This document shows, one piece after another, positions 60,209 through 64,000 of a DNA stretch of 64,000 bases. The first letter of the stretch is position 1. The number at the start of each line of letters is the position of its first letter. The position numbers and the translations under genes are program-made. Under the pieces are notes generated by a model. The model did no database searches and was not told the DNA's origin. It saw nothing but the letters and a program-made list of their open reading frames with translations. Where the stretch lies: positions 5,052 through 69,051 of the forward strand of contig JAIBAJ010000005.1 in NCBI GenBank assembly GCA_019695265.1, written 5' to 3'. The stretch comes from Bacteroidia bacterium (GTDB lineage Bacteria > Bacteroidota > Bacteroidia > JAIBAJ01).

Positions 60209-61306
60209 ATGGCCTTGCAATGTGGAATTGTTGGTTTGCCCAATGTTGGAAAATCAACCTTATTTAATTGTTTATCAAATGCAAAAGCCCAAGCGGCCAA
60301 TTTCCCTTTTTGCACCATTGAACCCAATGTCGGTGTTATTACAGTTCCCGATGATCGTTTAAACAAATTGTCGGAACTGGTTAAGCCGGAACGCATTGTG
60401 CCAACCACCATTGAAATTGTTGATATTGCAGGTTTGGTAAAAGGGGCGTCCAAAGGGGAAGGCCTAGGTAATAAATTTTTGGCCAATATCCGCGAAACCG
60501 ATGCCATTATTCATGTGTTGCGTTGTTTTGAAGATGGAAATATTGTCCATGTGGATGGATCAGTGAATCCCCTGCGCGACAAAGAAACCATCGACTTTGA
60601 ATTACAAATGAAGGATTTGGAAAGTGTGGAAGCGAAACTAGCCAAGGTTACTCGTGCAGCCAATACAGGTGACAAAGAGGCTAAAAAGGCTTTTGAGGTT
60701 CTTACTATTTATAAGAATCATCTTGAAAAGGGTTTAAACGCCCGTTCAGCTCCGGTGGAAGAGGAGGATAAGCGACATGTAGCAGATATTTTCCTCTTAA
60801 CTTCCAAGCCGGTTTTATATGTGTGTAATGTGGATGAAGGCAGTGTGATTAGCGGAAATAAATTTTCAGAATTGGTGAAGGATGCTGTAAAAGATGAAAA
60901 GGCAGAGGTTTTGTTGATTTCGGCCGCTATTGAAGCAGATATTGCTCAATTGGATAGCCTGGAAGATCGCATGAGTTTTCTAGCTGATTTAGGATTAAAT
61001 GAACCTGGCGTGAATAAACTTATTCAGGCTGCTTACCGCTTGTTAAGCCTGCAAACGTATTTTACTGCCGGGGTAAAAGAAGTAAGAGCCTGGACCATTC
61101 ATCACGGAGATACGGCTCCACAAGCTGCGGGAGTAATTCACAGCGATTTTGAAAAAGGATTTATCAGAGCGGAAGTAATTAAATATGCCGACTTTTTGAA
61201 ATATGGTTCTGAAGTTGCCTGCAAAGAGGCCGGTAAAATGTCGGTAGAAGGAAAAGAATACATCGTGAATGACGGAGACATTATGCATTTCCGATTCAAT
61301 GTTTAA
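60209..61306 (+). CDS. ychF: Ribosome-binding ATPase YchF (Obg-like ATPase)
   Basis: MALQCGIVGLPNVGKSTLFN, NxxD (FLANIRETDAIIHVL) and a C-terminal TGS domain. 365 aa. Confidence 0.95.
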   Translation: MALQCGIVGLPNVGKSTLFNCLSNAKAQAANFPFCTIEPNVGVITVPDDRLNKLSELVKPERIVPTTIEIVDIAGLVKGASKGEGLGNKFLANIRETDAIIHVLRCFEDGNIVHVDGSVNPLRDKETIDFELQMKDLESVEAKLAKVTRAANTGDKEAKKAFEVLTIYKNHLEKGLNARSAPVEEEDKRHVADIFLLTSKPVLYVCNVDEGSVISGNKFSELVKDAVKDEKAEVLLISAAIEADIAQLDSLEDRMSFLADLGLNEPGVNKLIQAAYRLLSLQTYFTAGVKEVRAWTIHHGDTAPQAAGVIHSDFEKGFIRAEVIKYADFLKYGSEVACKEAGKMSVEGKEYIVNDGDIMHFRFNV

Positions 61307-61421
61307 CACTGGCTTTTAAATTGAAAATTTGAATAAACGGAATTATCAAGTTGTTGAATGGAAAGACTTTATCGAATCTTCAAACCCTAAACATAAAAAA
61401 ATTAAAGTCTAAACCCTATAT

Positions 61422-62180
61422 TTGTCCCATTCAATCATGATTTATTCTCAACTGGTTCAACGGAAAAAGGAAGGAAAGAAATCCTTTGCTTTACTTATTG
61501 ACCCGGACAAACCCAAGAAGGACGAGCTTTTACAGTTGATTAAACTGGCCAATGAAGAAGGTGTAGATTATTTTTTTGTTGGTGGAAGTTTGTTGACCAA
61601 TGGAAGCCTGGAAGATTGTATTGTTACAATTAAGGCCAATAGTACTATTCCGGTGGTGTTGTTTCCCGGTAATGGTTTAATGGTTAATAAAAATGCAGAT
61701 GCGATTCTGTTGTTATCGGTGATTTCCGGACGTAATCCTGAAATGCTGATTGGTAAACATGTGGAAGCTGCGCCATCCTTGCGCAGAAGTAAATTAGAAA
61801 TTATTCCAACCGGATATATGCTGATAGAAAGCGGAAAGCCAACTTCTGCTTCTTATATGAGCAATACCACTCCTATCCCTGCCGATAAAGCAGACATTGC
61901 GGCTTGCACAGCCATGGCAGGTGAAATGTTGGGTCTGAAATGTATCTTTATGGACGGAGGAAGTGGGGCTCACCAGTCCGTTACTCCGGAAATGATTCAG
62001 TTGGTTTCATCCAATATCGATGTTCCATTAATTGTTGGTGGGGGAATAAAAAACGCCGATATGGCCCAGGAAAAACTCCGGTCAGGCGCCGATTTAATCG
62101 TGGTTGGAAATGCCGTGGAGAAGGATGCCGGACTAATTTCAACTATATCAAAAACCGTAAAATCTTATTCTAAGTCTTAG
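61422..62180 (+). CDS. PcrB-family glycerol-1-phosphate prenyltransferase (GGGP/heptaprenylglyceryl phosphate synthase-like)
   Basis: 252 aa TIM-barrel. ..YFFVGGSLLTNG.., ..DAILLLSVISGRNPEMLIGKHVEAA.. and ..FMDGGSGA.. resemble PcrB/GGGPS blocks. Confidence 0.7.
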   Translation: MSHSIMIYSQLVQRKKEGKKSFALLIDPDKPKKDELLQLIKLANEEGVDYFFVGGSLLTNGSLEDCIVTIKANSTIPVVLFPGNGLMVNKNADAILLLSVISGRNPEMLIGKHVEAAPSLRRSKLEIIPTGYMLIESGKPTSASYMSNTTPIPADKADIAACTAMAGEMLGLKCIFMDGGSGAHQSVTPEMIQLVSSNIDVPLIVGGGIKNADMAQEKLRSGADLIVVGNAVEKDAGLISTISKTVKSYSKS

Positions 62181-62809
62181 TGAAAATTATCATTATTTCA
62201 CCACCCAGTCGAATCAAAGGGGAACCGGAAGTTGTAACTGAAATGTTTAAGCAGGGTTTGATGTACTTTCATTTGAAAAAACCCGGCTTTTCAGAAGATG
62301 TAATGATTGATTATTTGTTACGAATTCCTGAAGAGTTTCATCCCCGAATTTTTATTCATAACAACTATAGCTTAGTTACAAAATTTAACCTGGCCGGAAT
62401 TCATCTTAATAAAAAAAGCAGAAAACCGGGGTGGTATCAACAGTTGCGTTTGGCCTACCTTAGGTATAAACGTAAGGATATTAAAGTTACTGCTTCTTAT
62501 AGTAAACTGGCTAATTTATACTTTGATCCTCCTATTTATGAATATGCATTTTTAAGTCCCATATTTGAAAGCCTTAGTGAAGGTAAGTATCACCCGGCAT
62601 TTAAAGAACGAGGATTGATGGAGGCCTTGCAAAAATCAAAAAATCCTATCATTGCTTATGGTGGAGTTGAAATGGATAAAATTGAAAAGGTAATTGATTT
62701 GGGATTTCAAGGAATGGCCTTGTTGGGCGTAGTTTGGAATGATAGTCATCCGTTAGCCGCTTTTCAGGAAATCCAAATCAAGGTAAAAGCTTATTCAGGC
62801 AATAGCTAA
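62180..62809 (+). CDS. Thiamine-phosphate synthase (ThiE/TenI)-like protein
   Basis: 209 aa. GTG start overlapping the previous stop. IISPPSRIKGE..FHLKKP..NLAGIHL.. resembles ThiE-fold proteins. Assignment is tentative. Confidence 0.5.
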   Translation: MKIIIISPPSRIKGEPEVVTEMFKQGLMYFHLKKPGFSEDVMIDYLLRIPEEFHPRIFIHNNYSLVTKFNLAGIHLNKKSRKPGWYQQLRLAYLRYKRKDIKVTASYSKLANLYFDPPIYEYAFLSPIFESLSEGKYHPAFKERGLMEALQKSKNPIIAYGGVEMDKIEKVIDLGFQGMALLGVVWNDSHPLAAFQEIQIKVKAYSGNS

Positions 62810-62813
62810 TCCC

Positions 62814-63401
62814 ATGCAGCCTGATTACCTCGAAATAGCATTATCGCCCAATTCCATTCAATTTTATGCCATTATTACCGGTGTAATTACCGTCTTTTTA
62901 ACCGCTCGACGAAATATATGGTGCTGGCCGGTTGGGATTGTAAGCACCATTTTAGCTGCCTATGTTTACTTGTTTCAGCAATTGCCTTATGAGGCCTTAC
63001 TGCAAGTGTTTTATTTGATTATGGCAATTTATGGTTGGATTAACTGGTATAAATCAAGCGAAAGTAAGGGTTTAGTTGTTGAATATACCAGCATAAAACA
63101 GCATATTTGGCTTTGCACCACTGCCGCAGTGGTAGGTTTGGGATTAGGGTATTTTTCATTCCTTCATTACCATTCCTATTTAAGCTTTCTGGATGCTTTG
63201 CTTACAACCTTTAGTTTGGCCGCCAATTGGTTAGCCGCTAAGCGTAAAATCGAAAATTGGTGGTACTGGATAGTGATCGATTCCATTTCTGTTGGTTTAT
63301 ACCATTATAAAGGAATGGATATGTTTGCTCTTTTGTTCATATTTTATACCTTGTTGGCCATTAGAGGATTAGGGGAATGGAAAGAAGGTTTTCAAGAATA
63401 A
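62814..63401 (+). CDS. pnuC: Nicotinamide riboside transporter PnuC
   Basis: 195 aa, multi-TM. ..WCWPVGIVSTILAAYVYLFQ.. and ..IMAIYGWINW.. are PnuC signatures. Confidence 0.8.
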   Translation: MQPDYLEIALSPNSIQFYAIITGVITVFLTARRNIWCWPVGIVSTILAAYVYLFQQLPYEALLQVFYLIMAIYGWINWYKSSESKGLVVEYTSIKQHIWLCTTAAVVGLGLGYFSFLHYHSYLSFLDALLTTFSLAANWLAAKRKIENWWYWIVIDSISVGLYHYKGMDMFALLFIFYTLLAIRGLGEWKEGFQE

Positions 63402-63874
63402 AACGCATAGCCATTACAGGTCCGGAATGCAGTGGAAAAACCACCTTAGCCAGGCATTTGAAAAAAGTTTGGAATGCAGCATTAGCTGAAGAGTTTGCAC
63501 GGGAATACTTAGAAAAAATCGATTCTTACAGGTTCGAAGATTTGGATGCTATCCTAGAAGGTCAGCTGGAGAATGAACGAAAAGCAGAGGCAGAAGGCAA
63601 AAGCATTGTAGTTTGCGATACCGATGTACTGGTGATTAAAATTTGGAGTGAAGTAAAATTCGGTAAGGTGTCGCCCTTGGTCCAAACCTATTATGAACAA
63701 ACTCATTACGACCTAACCATTTTATGCAAGCCAATTTACCAATGGGAATTCGATCCATTGCGTGAAGCCCCCGATGAAAATGATCGACTGAGGTTATACC
63801 AACTGTATTATCAGGCATTACAGCAAGAAGGTCGCTTGTTTCTTTGCCTTGAACCGGAGTTAGACCAGCCCTAA
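63377..63874 (+). CDS. P-loop kinase, NadR C-terminal (ribosylnicotinamide kinase)-like
   Basis: Walker A IAITGPECSGKTTLARHL. Overlaps the pnuC 3' end. The pnuC-plus-kinase pairing is the classic NR salvage arrangement. Confidence 0.6.
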   Translation: MERRFSRIKRIAITGPECSGKTTLARHLKKVWNAALAEEFAREYLEKIDSYRFEDLDAILEGQLENERKAEAEGKSIVVCDTDVLVIKIWSEVKFGKVSPLVQTYYEQTHYDLTILCKPIYQWEFDPLREAPDENDRLRLYQLYYQALQQEGRLFLCLEPELDQP

Positions 63875-63974
63875 ATTAGGCATTCATACCTGGTTAAACC
63901 CAAACGCTGTATTAGATATCGTAATGAAGCATTCAAATGCAAGTTGGATTAAACAGAATGTATCCGCTCTTTTT

Positions 63975-64000
63975 TTTTAAATTCCTATTATGCGGGCCCC
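63975..64000 (-). repeat. Partial R1 copy truncated by the window end
   Basis: The window ends ..AAATTCCTATTATGCGGGCCCC, which is the reverse complement of the R1 3' end GGGGCCCGCATA(C/A)TAGGAATTT seen at 33921-33945. Confidence 0.6.

Noticed and set aside
1-64000. Search for tRNA, rRNA, CRISPR arrays, transposases and integrases
   Set aside because: No T-loop-like GGTTCGAATCC contexts, no regularly spaced direct repeats, and no DDE or tyrosine-recombinase-like ORFs were found. The repeats present (R1, R2, S) are dispersed, not arrayed.

Overview
Chromosomal segment of about 40% GC that looks like Bacteroidota. The basis for that call is an exbB-exbD-exbD-tonB cluster, a T9SS C-terminal sorting domain on a secreted M43 protease, a YXWGXW-repeat protein, TonB-dependent receptors and many REC/PAS/PP2C signalling proteins. 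I found no rRNA, tRNA, CRISPR array, transposase or integrase. Housekeeping genes (ahcY, coaX, nuoE/nuoF, ychF, hxpB-like HAD phosphatase, msrC-like GAF reductase, plsC-like, pnuC plus a NadR-like kinase, PcrB/GGGPS-like) sit among accessory genes. Three things stand out. (1) A tightly coupled four-gene operon is read divergently from a small conserved protein with an HTH-like motif. Its genes encode a single-pass membrane protein, a soluble PAS histidine kinase, a CheY-like REC and a REC-PAS-PP2C phosphatase. The unit is present twice (323-5933 and 14682-19021). The second copy is decaying: its kinase is 5'-truncated to an HATPase-only remnant and its free REC gene is missing. A third TPR-PP2C phosphatase lies at 54854-56719. 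No STAS or RsbW-type partner is present. (2) A previously unannotated structured repeat family of about 170 nt (R1) occurs in at least six copies, plus a related inverted pair (R2) and a shorter repeat S, all intergenic. The window itself ends inside an R1 copy. (3) An efflux operon (TolC-HlyD-FtsX-ABC) is translationally coupled to an orphan LytS-family histidine kinase. Also present are a cytoplasmic patatin-like phospholipase preceded by a perfect 20-bp palindrome, a bacterial alpha-2-macroglobulin with a CFEQ motif, and a stand-alone nuoE-nuoF pair. All calls are from reading the sequence and ORF translations by eye. No database search was run.
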